Below are positions 28,091 through 43,123 of a stretch of 64,000 nucleotides of DNA, in pieces (within the stretch, counting starts at the first letter, position 1; each line of letters starts with the position of its first letter). Position numbers and translations under genes: made by a program. Source of the stretch: the human T2T-CHM13v2.0 reference genome, Homo sapiens; NCBI RefSeq assembly GCF_009914755.1, contig NC_060926.1; one strand, written 5' to 3'. The notes under the pieces were generated by a model, which was not told where the DNA came from, searched no databases, and was given only the letters and a program-made list of their open reading frames with translations.

Positions 28091-30431
28091 ATTTTTTGTT
28101 TTAATAAGCTTCAAAATTGTAATAAGTGAGTAGTCAATGTGGCTGTTTGCAGATAAACACACCAACATGTCATTTCATTTAGCATGATCCTGAGGGCCAT
28201 GCCTCATGGAAAGCCATCCTCACACTTTTCTGTTTCCCCCTCAGTCTACTCCCCTGAGAAATGAAACCACATCCTGGCCTCAGAGGAATGCCTTGAGGTT
28301 GCCATGGTAAGACATATGTGCGGTAGTGTCTCACCAATCCTGAAATCACCTCTCCAGCTGACAGTCAAGGACAGGGAAGTGGAAAAGACCCCCAGACAGC
28401 CACTGTAGACCTCACAATGTCCGGGTTCCAAAGTTCATGCCAAGCAGTCACAGAAAGGCCTTTCAGACTCATTTGGATTCTTTTCATTCTTGCTTCACAA
28501 ACAGCTCTAACAGACTTACCCTTCCGAATTTTTGTTGTTGTTATTATTACTTCTTTTGTTTAGTCCCTGGAATATTGGAAGCAGGCAACAAATTAGAAGA
28601 AAGATACTGAACTGCTAGTGAGAGGCATACTGGGAATCAAAAAAGTGAGGTTAGCTGAAAGACACAAGATAGCAACAAAAGCACAAATAGGAATCCCAAA
28701 AGCATAGAAAGCTGGAGTCATTTTAGTATAGAGATAAATAGCCATGTACATTTCAGTAGACCTGAAGGTATCACAGTGTTCCTGAGTCATCAAAAATAAT
28801 TTCTATAAAAGGAGTCTTTCCATCCATCTTTCATCCCAAGAATAATAGCACAGCCTCATCCAGTTCATAGGATTTTCACTCCTATAAGTCAAGTAAGTTG
28901 TTCTCAATATCAAGAATGAGATTCTCCCTAGGGAATCTAGCCTGTGTTGACTCTTTCTCTTCACATGCACTGCACACATTCAGAGGCAACAGACAGAAGC
29001 TCTCTGCATTCCCACCCCCGTTAGCAGAGAAGAATATGACCGTAAATTAGCATAAAGATTCTTCAGAGACAAGGCACAGAAACAATGTATGCAGAATATT
29101 GGGGGAATGTCCAAAACACTTGAGCACGAACTGTTTCCAAGCTCCCATAAGCAGTTGAGCTGCTTCTATGTATCTACAAATAACCAACATGCTCCAGATA
29201 ATCTTTCTTATTTATTAAAGGACACCCAAAGAGCCCCTCTGGGCCACTGTTGACTGATTACATCAATGGGTGGATGGATGGTAAATAAATAAACCTGGTG
29301 ACATAGCTGGAGTTATTTGAAAACAACAAATCACTTTCCTTAAATACAGCCCTATGCAGACTTTCACTGATTTACACATTCCCCCCAAGGAATCTGCATC
29401 AGTGAGACCTGTGTTCATATTTATGTTTCACGTCATTTTAGCTGCTTATATTTTAAGATGACATCCAATATTTAGATGAAAAGTCAAGAACCCATCATGT
29501 TGAAGCATTTGAGTATCCAGATGGTTGGCATCAGTAGATATAAGCATTGTGTATCCATTCGTTGAACAAATATTTATTAAGTGTCTGCTCCATGCCCGGC
29601 TCTCTGCTAGGCCCTAAAGATCCCAAACTGAGTAAGATTGATGACTCAGTCAACTTCACAAAACCAAATCATCTTGAAGCAGAAGGAAGAAAGCAACTGT
29701 AACCTGTGCCATGGCTGCCACTGTTTTAGACACTTTTATATAATATCTCTTTTTGTTTCATGACAAATCTCCAAAAGTCAACCCTTAAACTGATGAAGAA
29801 ACAAACTCAGAGAGGTCAGATAACTTGTTGAAGCCACACATCTAGCGAGGGTCACAGCAAGAACTGGAGCCCATTTCTCCACACAGCCCGATAGAGGGGC
29901 CTGTGGTGGAAGGCAGAAAGCAGACTACACTGACTCTGCCCCCCGCTGCTTGCATCTTTTCAAAAAAAAAAAAAAAAATGACAAGCTCTTCTGAGCCTCA
30001 GTTTCTCCATCTAGCCACTGGGATCACATGCCTCTGTCAGAGGCTAGTTGTGGAAATCAAAAGAAATCATATATGTGGGGGCTTCTGACTTTGGATCCAA
30101 CATGCATTAGGTGCTCAGCAGATGTTTATTACATGGATGGATAGGATCGTCGAACCTTCCTCCACTCTCACCTCCCACCCGCAGTGGTCCTCTACACCAG
30201 CATCTGCTGACAGCAGCATCACCACACACTTCCAGAAGTAGGCAGCTCACGACTTCCTGAAGCACCCTGTTTTAGAACTGAAAGGCCTCACTCACCTGGC
30301 ATCATTGCATTTCTGTGTGCCCAGACTGTACTAAGTGTGGAGAAGACAGAAGACATAGGCCACCCCTGGAAGGTGACAGTGTAGCTCTGGAGACAGTCTG
30401 TCCATTCTTGAAATATTAAAAAGCATTAAGA

Positions 30432-30736
30432 GGGCCAAGCATGGTGGCTCACACCTGTAATTCCAGCACTTTGGGAGGCCGAGGCGGGCGAATCACCTGA
30501 GGTCAGGAGTTCGAGAGCAGCCTGACCAACATGGTGAAACCCTGTCTCTACTAAAAATACAAAAATTAGCTGGGTATGGTGGTAGGTGCCTGAAGTCCCA
30601 GCTACTCAGAAGGGTGAGGCAGGAGAATCACTTGAACCTGGAAGGTGGAGGGTGCGGTGAGCTGAGATCTTGCCACTGCACTCCAGCCTGGGCAACGCAG
30701 CGAGACTCTGTCTCAAAAAAAAAAAAAAAAAAAAAA
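30432..30736 (+). mobile_element. Alu (S-like)
   Basis: Full dimer with A tail. Confidence 0.95.
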
Positions 30737-31152
30737 GGCAAGCATCAGAGAACTTTCCAAGATGCATCATCTTCAAGAACAAGAATGGGAGGCAGTGGAG
30801 GTGTGGCATCTCCTCCTTAGGATGCAGAAGCTGAGCCAGCCCCCAGGCCAAACAAGGGTGGCCAGGCCTCTCCCTGGATCCTGGTACTCACAGAACTCTT
30901 TGGTTTCTTCATCTCACTCCTCCCTCCTGCTCAGTCACATTTTGAGTTATTGTCCCATGTAATTTCTAAGCCAGCCAGGTATCCCGGCCTTGTGAGACAC
31001 CAATCTTGCTCTAATGTTTTGAATGTGAACCATCATGAAAAAGTAAGAATGATTAAAAAGGAGATTTTGTAACTATTTATCAATGTCAGAGGGAGCAAAG
31101 TCTTTCACATTCTATCACTCTAGCTGGATATCCCTAAAGGGTAGGTGTTTAA

Positions 31153-31543
<391 letters not shown>

Positions 31544-31612
31544 TAACCCCATTAAGCCTTGATTTTTCTCATCGGTAAAATACTTCCTCCCTTAAAGGAC
31601 TGTAATAAAGAA

Positions 31613-31941
31613 AAGAGGTCAGCGATCTGTGGTTATGGGGCCAAATCTGGCTCACCGACCGTTTTTGTGAAGGCCTATGAACTAAGAATGGTTTTTACAT
31701 TATAAATGGTTGAAAAAAATCAAGAAAATATTTTGTGACACCTGAAAAGGATATGACATTCAAATGTCAGGGTCATAAAGTTTAATTGGAATATAGCCAC
31801 ACACATTTGTTTACATCTTACCTGTGACTGCTTTTCTGCTACTACAGCAAAGTTGAATTGCTAAAACCAAGATGTTATAGCCCACAAAGCCTAAAATATT
31901 TACTGTCTGGCTCTTTACAGAAAATGTTTGCCAACCTCTGG
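31613..31941. mobile_element. MER58B-type hAT-Charlie MITE
   Basis: GGGGCCAAATCTGGC...CTAAGAATGGTTTTTACAT...GCCTAAAATATTTACTGTCTGGCTCTTTACAGAAAATGTTTGCCAACCTCTG. Confidence 0.85.
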
Positions 31942-32879
31942 TAAAGAGAAAATGAAGGAATGCCTAGATGTGCCTATAATAGGGCAAAAACCTTTAAAAT
32001 GTCAGCTCCGATTTTCTTTTATTCATGTCTAGCTCCTGTCCAGCCATGGTATTTATGCCACTCTGTATTTGCATTAGGATAATTTTTCAGATCATTGCAA
32101 AATATGCATTCTCCTACAGAACATATAGGGATATCTATTTCTTAAATGGCATTGCTAACACACAATGCACTGACCTGACCTCACAGAAAGAAAATGGAAC
32201 AACAGAGGTCCCATCCTTCCAAATGTCATCCACTGGTCTTATCCTTATGGAAATAGACAGTACACGGATCTGGAATGGAAGCAAATAATAACCGGGTCTC
32301 CAGATTCCATCGTATCACAGAACATAGAACCAAGAAAGTACCTTAGAAGTCATCTGATCCAGTCACCCCTGTTTTACCAATGAGGAATCTAGACCCAGAA
32401 GAAGTTAAAGGACTTACCCAAGAGTACCCAACAACTCTCTCACCACCCCAGGCTCCCATCTTTGTGTCTCTCCTGTGTGAGCTGTTCCCTGAAGTTCTTC
32501 CTGAACTTGCACATTGCCTTTCCCTTTGATTTTAAATCCTTGGCTCAAATGACATGCCCGGACTATATCGTGTGATATGAGCTTGAAAAGTAATTTACGT
32601 ACAAGTCTTGAAAGCAAATCAAGTTTTAAAACAAAGTAGCATCTACTCTGCCCCAGCCTTGACATCTTATTACATAGCAAATGCTGGCTCTTTAATTTCC
32701 CTAATCAAGACTGGTCCTATTTAGCCCACCTCCTCAAGGGGTCCCAGCACTAGCCCCACTCCGACGCCTGATGAAGTTCCAGAACAGGTGAGAAAAATGA
32801 GAGGGCCCTGCCCAGGGCTCTGGGAGTCGGCCCTCACTGCCTGCCCTTCAGACAGCAAGACAGAAAAGGCATTCATTTT

Positions 32880-33045
32880 CTTCCTCCACGTCATGATACC
32901 AACTGAAATTACCTTTAAATGAGGAAGAAGGTCATTATTTAATCAATAGGATTGCGTCAATTGAGGAAAATTTGTCTCCAGTGTAAACAAGCGGAACGTC
33001 TTTGCGCTCTATAAAAACAAGGTTAAATTACTTGCAGATCCGGGC
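32880..33045 (+). promoter_or_regulatory. Putative Pol II promoter: TATA box plus dense TF motif cluster
   Basis: CCACGTCA 32886, AGGTCA 32929, AATCAATA 32941, TTGCGTCA 32952, TGTAAACA 32982, TATAAAA 33010-33016; CpGs locally retained; splice donor about 250 bp downstream. Confidence 0.6.
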
Positions 33046-35894
33046 AACGTGGAGAGATGTAGGAAGTGAACCTGAAGCCTGACACACTCAAGGTCTCGGA
33101 ACCGAAAATAATAGGAATTGTTCTTATTTTTCCAGTGGAATCAAGCACAGAGATGGGCACGCCTCTTTACAGAACCAAAGATTCAGAACTGTGCCTTACC
33201 CTTTGCTTATGAGGCGGAGGAGGAGGAAGAGAAAGAACCACCGCAAAGAGAGATGGCAACAAAGGTAAAATGAAGGCCGGGCCAGCCGATCCCACTCAGG
33301 CTGACCACAGTGAGGGAGCAGCATTAAAATGAGAAAGGATCAGGTCTCGAAGCCCAGCCCTTCCCGCTGAATCTCGTCCTTTGCTTCATCCATTCCATTA
33401 AATAAGTCATATTGAAAATAAATTATTATTAATACAACAGTAGCTAACATTATGGGGTCTCACTCCATGCCAAGCATGCCAAACCCAGGTCATGCACGGT
33501 GCTACTCGATGTTCACAGCAGCTCTAGAGGTGGGTGCCAGTCATGCCCACTTAGCAGATGCAGAGGAGGGCAGTCGCAGCTGGAGAACGGCGGGCAGTTC
33601 TGCCTGTTTCTGAGGCCCCACTGCTTGAACTGCCAGCCTCAGAGCCATCTGCTCACTGGGTGCTCAGCCCCGTGCTGCACGCTGTGGACTCACAGGGGGA
33701 AGTACAAGCTAGGCCTGCCCCTAGGGCATCCCCATATCCCTGGCAGAAGGGGATTTGGGGCATTTACTCCTGTTTAGGGAGAGGCTCAGCTCGTCTGGGA
33801 ATCCCTGGATGAGCAGACTCTGTGCCTGCTCCTCTCCCGTACCCCTTCCCCATCCATGTCAAGGGCTTTGGCCACAGCACATAATGGGTCCAGCGAGTCA
33901 CAGTCTCTCCCGGAGGCGGCCCCAAAGACCCCTTACCCACACCTCCTCGATCGCTGCTAGGGTATGAGCTGGAGGCCGTCGGTGGTGAATGGGATCTCTG
34001 TCACTCCACAGGCATCTGATGAGGTCTAAATTCCCTGCTCCCTGACAGAACTTCTTGGTGGGGTTATGGCTTCCAGGTTCTCCTCACCTACTCAGGAGAC
34101 TGGGCTAACACTGAGTGAGGTTCGCTGACACCCTCTGTTCATTAACAACAGGACCAAAACCAAATAAATTTTAGCTCTGGGCTTTTGGACAGCCAGATTC
34201 CAACACTTTGGTGGTGGATCCTGACTAATGTTCCTTCCCCATCCCTCCTCCTCCCATCCCCCAACCCACCCCGCCCAGCTCCAATTCTGAAGTGTCTGAA
34301 TGCGGAGTTCATAAGCTACCTTCCTTCCATGACCATGTTGCCCACACGGCCTCTGCTGAGGATCCGGGCAACACAGTCACCACGGGAGGAGGCCCTCAGT
34401 TACCCTAGCAGCGATCTGAGGAGTGTGGGCCAAGGGCTTTGGGGCCTCCTCCGGGAAAACTGTGGCAGCCCAGCCAAGACAGCAAGAGTGTGGCCTGGCC
34501 AAAAAAAAAAAAGGAAGCTTTAAAAAAAAATTTTTTTAAGTGAAATGAAACATATTTGACCTGGGAAGAAATAAAAGACCTTTCAAGTTGTCAAAGTGAC
34601 AAATTAGACAAAGAGGCCGAGCAAATGTGAGCTCCTGGGGAGTCCGTCAGAAGGAGCCCAGATGGAATGGACGAGGCTGGGGGTGACCAGAGGGATGCAG
34701 ACAGAGGATTTATCCAGGTCGGGGTGGGAGACCAGACAGAAGGCTGCACAAAGCTACACACAGTCTACCCTTTGTACTAGTATTTATCTAACTTGTCAAT
34801 TTTATAGCCACGTTACCTTCCGAGTGTTCGGGAAGGCAGATATTGGTGCTGTCAAGAGGCCTGGCTGTGGTTTGCACAGCATAATGACAGATGCAAAAAA
34901 CAAAGGGGAGGGGAGAGGGGCCTTCAGAAACCACAAAAGAGCCTTTGTAATTATGCCTCTGCCTCCCTCGGGAGCGTGCCTTTCCCTCGCTGCAGAGGTG
35001 CTCGCTCCAGGGGTGCTCTCTCCCCCTATATGCAGCTGTGCCGGGCAGCTGCACCGGGCAGCTGCCTAGCACACGTCTACCAGTCACCCTGCATGGACTT
35101 GAAGGGAGCTGTTACATGACTGCCTCTCTTCCCCAGGCTAAATAGCTGCAGTCCTTTAACCTCTCTTCATGGGCCTGATTTTCCATCCCTTTAATCATCC
35201 CTGTCACTTTCTGCTGCAGCCTGTACTCACCACAGCCCTCCCCCAGAGTGGAGACACAGCCAACAAGGATCATGGGCCCAAGGGCCTCCAAGAGCTGCTC
35301 CTTTCAGACCACCCCCACCATGGGCCCACCCTGCAGCCACAGGTCCTGGGAAGCCCATGGTCATGGAGCCCCCACAGCTGAGTTACTGTGGCTCATGACC
35401 CAATTGGAGCTCTTCCCTCCCTGCTCTTGGATATTCCCCATGACCAGAAAGTCATTAAAATCCCACAGTCTCCTCTGAGCTGATTCTCACCATTTTTCTC
35501 TTCCTCTTCATTCTCAGTGCCTCACTCTTACACACTAGACCCCTGGACTATCATTTGGACCATGGAGCCAGCCCCCCAGCCAGCTTCCCTGCCACCATCT
35601 TCCCCTCCAAGACACTTAAAGGCCAGCTTTGGAAATATTTTTTTAAATTGAATGTCATTTTTATCAAGTCCTTCCCCTACTCAAGAGCCTTTAGTAGTTC
35701 CCTATTTCCTCTTGTTATAGCAGACATAAATAACTCACCAGATTTTGAGAATACTCTCACCACTCCCCCAACCCCTCTTCTGCCTATGTCCAGATCTACA
35801 CTCAAAAACAGCCTTCCCTAGTTAATCTCCTCCCCTCTCTGTCCACCCCTTTACCCATCCCCATAGTTTATTGGATACTGTTTTGGGTGTCTTG

Positions 35895-36220
35895 AGATAT
35901 TAGGTTAGGGTTCTTTGACAGCAAGCAACAGAAACCAACTCTGACTAGTTTAAGGAACAGAAAGGGATAGATTGGAAACGAATGGCATAGTTTGGAGATT
36001 AAAAGCAAGCCTGAACTACAGTCCTGGGAAAGATAGAACTGGGCAGCTCTGAAGATCTTTCTGGAACATTGCCATCAGATGATCAGCTCCAACTGCCTTC
36101 TCTCCTTATTTCTCTCTGCTTAAGATTCAGAGTTGCAGGACTGAACATCAACAAGCTCCGTGATCAGGGAGCAGAGTCCTGTGATTGGTTGCCCTACCAA
36201 AACCACTCAGGGTGGGGGAA
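35895..36220 (-). mobile_element. Old MLT1-type MaLR LTR fragment
   Basis: TTAGGTTAGGGTTCTTTGACAGCAAGCAACAGAAACCAACTCTGACTAGTTTAAG. Confidence 0.6.
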
Positions 36221-36320
36221 GGTTGCAACATTTAGCAAATAAAAATACAGGATGCCCAGCTAAGTTGAATTCCAGATAAACAATGTTTAATTGCCCATAT
36301 AAACACATCCCAGGCAGTAG
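36220..36320. mobile_element. MER53-like MITE fragment
   Basis: GGTTGC...TTAGCAAATAAAAATACAGGATGCCCAGCTAAGTTGAATTCCAGATAAACAAT. Confidence 0.7.
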
Positions 36321-36879
36321 TTCCTGATTTGTCTTCTCATTCTTCCCTTCCCTCAGTCCCACTCTGTTGCTCCCAGGTGGGTCAGCACACCCTCAGACCT
36401 GTACCTCTACCCACTCTGACTGTACCTCACTGTTAATGAATCTGTTCAGTCCTTTCAAGGTGGCTGTGAATTTTATTTCTTCCTCTTTAATTTTAATAAC
36501 CGAGCTTCCATTGACTGGAAACTACACATTAACTGACACAAATAAAAGGGTGCACATGCCCTTTGGCAACCTTTATTGTTTATTTTCTCTTTAGCCTCAT
36601 TGGAGAAAAAAATCAACTTTCTCCGTCTTCTCTCTTTTGCCAAATATTACAAAACAGACCTAATAACACTTTGCATTTGCATAACTCTTTAGATCTTAAT
36701 GTACATTTTCACACTCATTTCATTCAGTGTCTTCACTCCTCAGTGAGTGAAGTGGTTAGTGGGCACAGGTAACATAGTCCCCCATTTTACAGATGAGAAA
36801 TTCAGACGTTGAAAGGTGGGTTACAAAAGCTAGTATGCATCCAAAGTTGTGGATCCAGGACTCGGAACAATGTGTCCTT

Positions 36880-37092
36880 GCCTCTTTTCTGTAAAGGGCC
36901 AGATAGTAAATATTTCAGGCTTTGTATGCCAGATGGTCTCTGTTGCAACTCCTCAACTCTGCCATTGCAACACAAAAGCAGCCATACGTAATACATAAAT
37001 GAGTAGATGGATGTTCCAATAAACTGCATTTGTAGAAACAGGCCAGTGGGCCATATCTGGCCCACAGGCTATACTTTGCAAACTAACCCCTG
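36880..37092. mobile_element. MER58A MITE
   Basis: TTTTCTGTAAAGGGCCAGATAGTAAATATTTCAGGCTTTG...GTTCCAATAAACT...TGGCCCACAGGC. Confidence 0.85.
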
Positions 37093-38171
37093 CTTTACAC
37101 CACACAACAAACACTTTCCAATCTTTTTAAGTCTATCATGGTTTGCCTCCAATTGGGATGCCATAATTTTGACCTCAATCAATTTTAGATGACTAATTTT
37201 TTCTCTCCTCTTTACTTCTTATGCATCAGGATTGCTGCGACAATGACCAACTTGGCTTCCCACACCCACTTGGTTCTTCCTACACTGTGGCAAAGTTTCC
37301 TCTCATACGTGTGAATGTGCTCAGCTAAGCCCATTCTTCCTCCGCTGGGTCCTTCTTTACCCGCATATGAGATCAGTACCGACAGACCTTGTGGGGAGGC
37401 AACTTTCTAGGATGGGTCATCTTCTGAGGCCCCCAGGATTAACCAGCATACCCAGAATTAACCATTAAACAGGATTAACCATCATCCTTCTCTCTTTCCT
37501 TTACTCTGGGCTCCACACGTTTCCTCTCTTGGGCCTTTTCCATGGCAAGTTTGTCCCAGGGAAACTCATGCCTGGAATGGTAGCTCTACGACCTGGTCTT
37601 TCTGTGGCGTTTTCCTGTTGCCCACGGAAGTTGGGGACTGGGTTCAGTTTCTTCTTGAGCCTACAGAGTGAAAAGACTGGCTCAAGGGCCCTCCCTAAGA
37701 AGGGCAGGAGCTCCTTGAAGGCAAACTAGTTTAGTTTATACCCGTCACTGTTTATATATCCTGAGCTATAATGAGGGCTGGAGGCTGTAGGTGGACAGCA
37801 GCCTCCTGGGTGAAGAGGCCAGCTGCTTAGATGACTGGACTTACAAATCCTCAGCCATGCTGATGGCCACCTGGAACCTGAATTCTACATTTTGGGAGCC
37901 AGTGGGCCATGACTGATGCCTCATGAAGGGGATGCCAGGTCTTTAAGTGGGCTTCACATGTGTGTATGTCCGTGTGCACACCAGAGTGTAAAGGCAAGAG
38001 ACTGTAGAGATCAAGCTGCCCAAATCGTTCATTTACAAATAAACCAAAGCCCAGTGATATCACCTTGGTTTACCATGATGCCAAGAGGTAAAAATCCGTA
38101 TTATCTTTATAAATAGTATCCATAAAGGTGATGATAAACTTGATCAATGAAACAGATATTTGTAACTATAA

Positions 38172-38514
<343 letters not shown>

Positions 38515-40204
38515 GAATATCAACATAATTTAAATAAGGGGCAGAGAATATGTCCATCCCAGCACAGCCCAAAAGCCATACATGAGATCAACTTTTTCAG
38601 AAATAGTTAAGATTTGTTATCAAGATTTCCATGTGTCCAAAGGTGGAATTCTATAGAAACACCAAGAGCCTCCTCCAAATATTTTTGTAAAGCCTCTAAA
38701 AGGATCAAGAGAGACAACAAAGAGTAGAGGGCACAAGGAATACTTCAGCTTTGAATGCCCTGGCTCTGCCACTTTAAAGTTGTGTGACCTTGAGCAAATT
38801 ATTTAATTCGCTAAGCCCCAGTTTTCTCATCTGTAAAATGAGCACAGTGATAGTACTTACCTCACAGAGGTAATGTAATAATTAAATGAGATAACGTATA
38901 CAGACCACCTAACATAGGGCTGACAATAACTACTTAATATTCACTATTATCGTGGTGGTTGTTGTTGACACCTCAGACTTTTTGCCTTAAGTTCAACTCT
39001 AATTTTGAGTTGCCTCCTTTTTCAACTGTGAAAAAGGGATAATCATTTAACAGGAGAGACAGGCAACTAGAAGTTAGTTATGACCTGGACAGAGTGCTCT
39101 GGCCCCGTACCCAGAGCCACGGTCTGCCCCAAATAATCTCCAGGCTAAGAGACAAAGTGGCTTTTCGGAGCAGGCTTTCCTCTGCGGGGGTGGCCTCCAG
39201 GCAGGACACAGGCCGTCTGGAAGAGGTCATGATCTCAGGTAAGAGGTGCAAGGAATCAGGGGAACAGACCAGGAAATGTGAAAAAGGCTAGTGCACAGTT
39301 TTCTTTGTGGACAATCTTTTTGGCATTACGATGTTTTAGTCAAATTGTGCCCTGCTTGGAAGTCCTACAGGTTGAAGGCAAGGGAAGTCAGAATTTCTAC
39401 AACAAAAAAACAAAGGGCCCAGGATAGCTCCTAGATAAACGTCATCCTTCAAGGACATCTTGGTAGGGCAGACTACCAGCGTTTGCATCAACTCATGCCA
39501 TTAAAAAAAAAAAAAAAAGACAAAAAAAGCAGCCCACCTAGAACTTGATTTTTCCGGGGATAGAAGAAACACACTAGACAAAACAACTCTCTCCTTTTCC
39601 CTGGGTTACTTGGCAGCAGCAGAAAACACTTGACAAAAAGTTCCAGAAGGGCTTGATATTGAGTTTGAAAAGTACAATTCCCACAACAATCACTGACTAA
39701 AGTAGCAATATTTTAGCCCTTCACAGGAATCTGGTTATTATTACCATTTATGCCAAGTATCTTGTTTCTATTCTCTTTGATTTAAGGTCATTTTCTCTGT
39801 AAAAGGCCTGCTTTGTTGAGCCCTACACATTGACGTTGGTTTCAGGAGAAAGAGGACTGGGCAAGTTGGGAAAGTATCGTATTGTGCCGAAACATTAGAT
39901 GCCCTGGTTGTAAAGAAACCCTTTGTTTTTGCTCTGAACCTGATGCTTTTCTCTGGTCTTCATTTCCTAGTTCGGTGCACTAATTTCAGCATTGTCCACC
40001 CTGACAATGATAATACCTCTGCTTGAGCGTGGCAGGTTCCGAGGAGAGAATCCAAGAGGTTTTACCTACCTGGACAGGCCGGGGTACAACCTGGCCAAAG
40101 GAGACCCAAGTCAATACCCATGTCTAGAAAGTCACCCTGTGACTCAGGGTCCATTGTGTAGACATCTTGTGAGAAAGGATACCAAGAGAGTGAAATATCT
40201 TGCT

Positions 40205-40420
40205 CAGTGATGTACTACCAGGGACAGTTTTTCACCTTGGGAGACACTTGACAATACCTGGAGACATTTTTGGTTGTCACGACTCAGAGCAAGAATACTA
40301 TTGCACCTACTGGGTAGAGGCCAGGGATGTTGCTCAACATCCTACACTGCACAGGGTGGTCCCCACAACGAAGACTAACTCAGCCCCAAATGCCAATTGT
40401 GGTAAGGGTGAGAAACCCTG
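40205..40420. mobile_element. MER20 MITE
   Basis: GGAGACATTTTTGGTTGTCAC...GGGTAGAGGCCAGGGATGTTGCTCAACATCCTAC...GAGAAACCCTG. Confidence 0.88.
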
Positions 40421-40751
40421 AGAAACACAGAGGCACCGAAAGCCCTGCATGGGCAGGCCCCTGCCCACCTGCCCAGCCTTATTTTGCCCCACGCCCCCTA
40501 TTCTCTAAACCCCAAGTGCGTAGATACCTTCCAGTTCCTGACTTCACTGTGTTCCCTCAGCATATCCAACCCCTCTGCCTGCCAGGCTCTTCCTTGGCAT
40601 GCCTAGTTAACACCTTCTTATTCCCTAGAGCTCACCTCAATACATACTTTCTTGAGATGCCTTCCCATCAAGACTAAGTCAAATCCCCCATTCTATGCTG
40701 TCTCCCTTTTATTCTTTCTTTTTTTCCAGGGCTTTTAAAGTATCTTCATGG

Positions 40752-40946
40752 GGCCAGGTGTGGTGTCTCACACCTGTAATCCTAGCACTTTGGGAGGCCC
40801 ACATGAGCAGATTGCCTGAGTCAGGAGTTTGAGACCAGCCTGGGCAACATGGTGAAGTCCCGTCCCTGCTAAAATACAAAAAATTAGCTAGTTATGGTGG
40901 CGTGTGACAGAGTGAGACTCCGTCTCAAAAACAAACAAAGAAAAAA
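40752..40946 (+). mobile_element. Alu lacking most of the right arm
   Basis: GGTGGCGTG joined directly to TGACAGAGTGAGACTCC; 15-bp TSD AAAGTATCTTCATGG. Confidence 0.92.
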
Positions 40947-41312
40947 GTATCTTCATGGCTTTTCTGAATTTCCCCAAGCTCCCTACCTCTCAGCTCTTAA
41001 CATCTGTGGGCTAACAGCACTAAATCTAGAGTCCCATGACTTGTGTTTCAATCCCAGTTCTGGCATATTCTAGTTGTGTGACCTTGGACAAGTTACTTTT
41101 CTGTGTCTTTGTTTTCTTACCTCCAGCATGAAGATAGTAGCAGTACCTAGCTCATGCGGATATTGTGAGGATTAAACGAGACAGGCTGATAAAGTGCTTA
41201 GGACAGTGTCAGGCCCACTGTGAGCACTGTAGAAAATTCTGCTATTATTATTACTTCGAGAATTTAAAACTGCCATTCTGAGACATGTAGCTACAAGATA
41301 AGCAAGATATGC

Positions 41313-41690
<378 letters not shown>

Positions 41691-42718
41691 CTACCAGAGA
41701 AATCAGAGCTCAGATCATCTGAGGCAGGGCAGTCAATGTCAAATGCTTTCTATTTACAGACAGAGAAATTGAGACTCAGAGTTTAAGGGATTTAGAAAGG
41801 TCACATAGCAGGTTTTCTCTACCTGATAACTCTCTCACTCTCCTTCCCCCTCTCTCCATCTCCCTCTGTCCTTCCCTTTTGAGATGATAACTGGCGTGAT
41901 TCCTAATCTACACTAAATGAATTATTCCTTAGCAACTATCTTCATCAGACTACAGGTCCCTGCTTCCAGCCATTCTACAAAAGACCTGGCAGTTATAAAA
42001 TCCAGGCTTATCAGAACAAAACACACCAAACAGAACACAGCGAGGTTTCTAAACAGAGATTTAAGGTGCTTGCACAGTATCCTGAAAAAAGAAAATCTAA
42101 GCCTGAAAAAAGTAGACCAAATGCAAATAATAACCTAAATAATAAAGAAAACACTGAAGCTGTCTCCTGCAGCTTTCTGCCATGAAATGATTCGTCCTGA
42201 GAAAGGACTAGGAATGTCCCTGCAGGGTCCCGCAGGCTGGGCCACATCTCTTTAACCTTAACTCCTCCAAATCCTAGTTACCTTTTAAAACCTCCCAGCT
42301 TCTTATGACAGTTCTTACTCTTTTTCCACCCACTACGGGTTTTGGAAGCTGACTCTTTGCCAACACTGTGATGTTTTAGCCCAAAGACTTCTTGGAACCT
42401 AAGACCTCATGGGGAAGAGTGTGGAATCCAGAATGTACAGTGACAGTGGCTTCTGACCTCTTAGTCTGACCATAGCTGAGGAATGCAGCTTTGGCTGGGG
42501 TCCCACTCTTCAGGAAGCACATGAACAAACTGGACAGCAGAATAAAAGTCCAGTCGAGATAACACACCTCATCATGTAAAGGGCAACTGGTTAGAGAAGT
42601 CTTAGGGAGGAACATGAAAGCTGTTTTCAACAATCTGAAAACCCGGTAAGATTTTCAGTTTCCAGAAACATTACACGCTGAGCTAACATCGACTTCCACT
42701 CCCTCTACTAACCCATTA

Positions 42719-43123
<405 letters not shown>

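Noticed and set aside
28593-28793. Hydrophobic 66-aa minus-strand ORF
   Set aside because: No recognisable homology or supporting gene signals; hydrophobicity follows from T-rich composition.
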